From positions 170,332 through 190,331 of the forward strand of contig JAMDHS010000041.1 of the NCBI GenBank assembly GCA_029717555.1: a stretch of 20,000 nt of DNA, written 5' to 3'. The stretch is from Peribolospora baueri (taxonomy: Eukaryota). Positions within the stretch are counted from its first letter, which is position 1. Every line of letters begins with the position of its first letter. The notes under the pieces were generated by a model. It saw only the letters and a list, made by a program, of their open reading frames with translations, was not told the DNA's origin and did no database searches. Positions 19,306-20,000 of the stretch are shown in pieces. The position numbers and the translations under genes were made by a program.

Positions 19306-20000
19306 CCGCGTTTGCAACGAGATCCCCACGAGCTGACGGCAGACGACGTGCAATTGTCTCTCCGAGCATGCACGGGGTGTTTTCGTTTTCGTCCTCTCTC
19401 GATCTGCTCCCCTTCTTCGCGGTGACTTCGGCAGTGTGCACCACCGAGCTTCAGTCACTCTGCAGTCCTCGCTTTGTCGGTGACGCCCCATTCACGCCGT
19501 CGCGCAATGATACGTTTGTTAGATACGGGGACGGATGCGTCTACTCGTCGCAAACCCGCCGTATCGACTAGATGGACGACCATACGGGAAGGGGAAGAAA
19601 ACGGGGAGCGGCGCATGTCCACCTCCCACCTCCGTATCCTGTTCGTGCGTCGTCGGATCTTCGTCTCCGTCCAGAAGTCAAAATTAAAATAAAATTACAA
19701 AAAGAAGGATCGGGATGGTAGACAGGTCAGGTCGCCTCGAGTCCATGCGATGAATGGTTCGTCAGACTGTTCCTTTGTGAGCGACCTCGCCCCAATGAGT
19801 CGCCTGCCGATATCGCGGTGGCAAGGCGTTAACGACATTCTGAACATTAGGTGCGAGCGCCTGGCCCGTTTGGTCGATAGGCCTTGACGTGGGCCTACGA
19901 CCTAGCACCACCGTTGGAGGGCGAATCAAGCATCTGAAGTCCCCGTCACAGCGACAGACAGACCATGGGACACCCGCCCGAACAACCAGGAACGCGCCGA

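Noticed and set aside
5787..19320. Stop-codon readthrough to cryptic PTS1 signals
   Set aside because: None of the predicted stops has the TGA-CTA context, and no SKL-like extension was seen immediately after them.
19400..20000. Possible 3' end of a neighbouring minus-strand gene (A-rich tract at 19680-19705)
   Set aside because: No supportable ORF lies within the window; the tract may be a polyadenylation region for either strand.

Overview
Eukaryotic, GC-rich, intron-containing fungal DNA. The splice signals (GTRAGY donors, CTRAC branch sites, YAG acceptors) and protein style suggest a basidiomycete, possibly Ustilaginomycotina (inference). Manual splicing gives six complete multi-exon genes, all on the + strand: an Iml2/TTC39-family TPR protein (with a probable alternative upstream first exon), a stand-alone CBS-pair protein, a ~1356-aa protein with a CNH-like propeller split by disordered inserts, a peroxisomal (PTS1 -SKL) enoyl-CoA hydratase, mitochondrial phosphatidylserine decarboxylase PSD1, and a small Elongin-B-like ubiquitin-fold protein. 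Most ORFs in the supplied track are shadow ORFs. The most unusual unexplained structure is a ~280-nt imperfect fold-back filling the 415-nt fourth intron of the enoyl-CoA hydratase gene. Other leads are an FFAT-like motif and dual first exons in Iml2, a perfect 20-bp CACGTG-centred palindrome upstream of the CBS gene, and a candidate spliced minus-strand transcript between PSD1 and the Elongin-B-like gene. No CRISPR array, transposase, tRNA or rRNA was seen. Family calls come from recognising motifs by eye, not from database searches.
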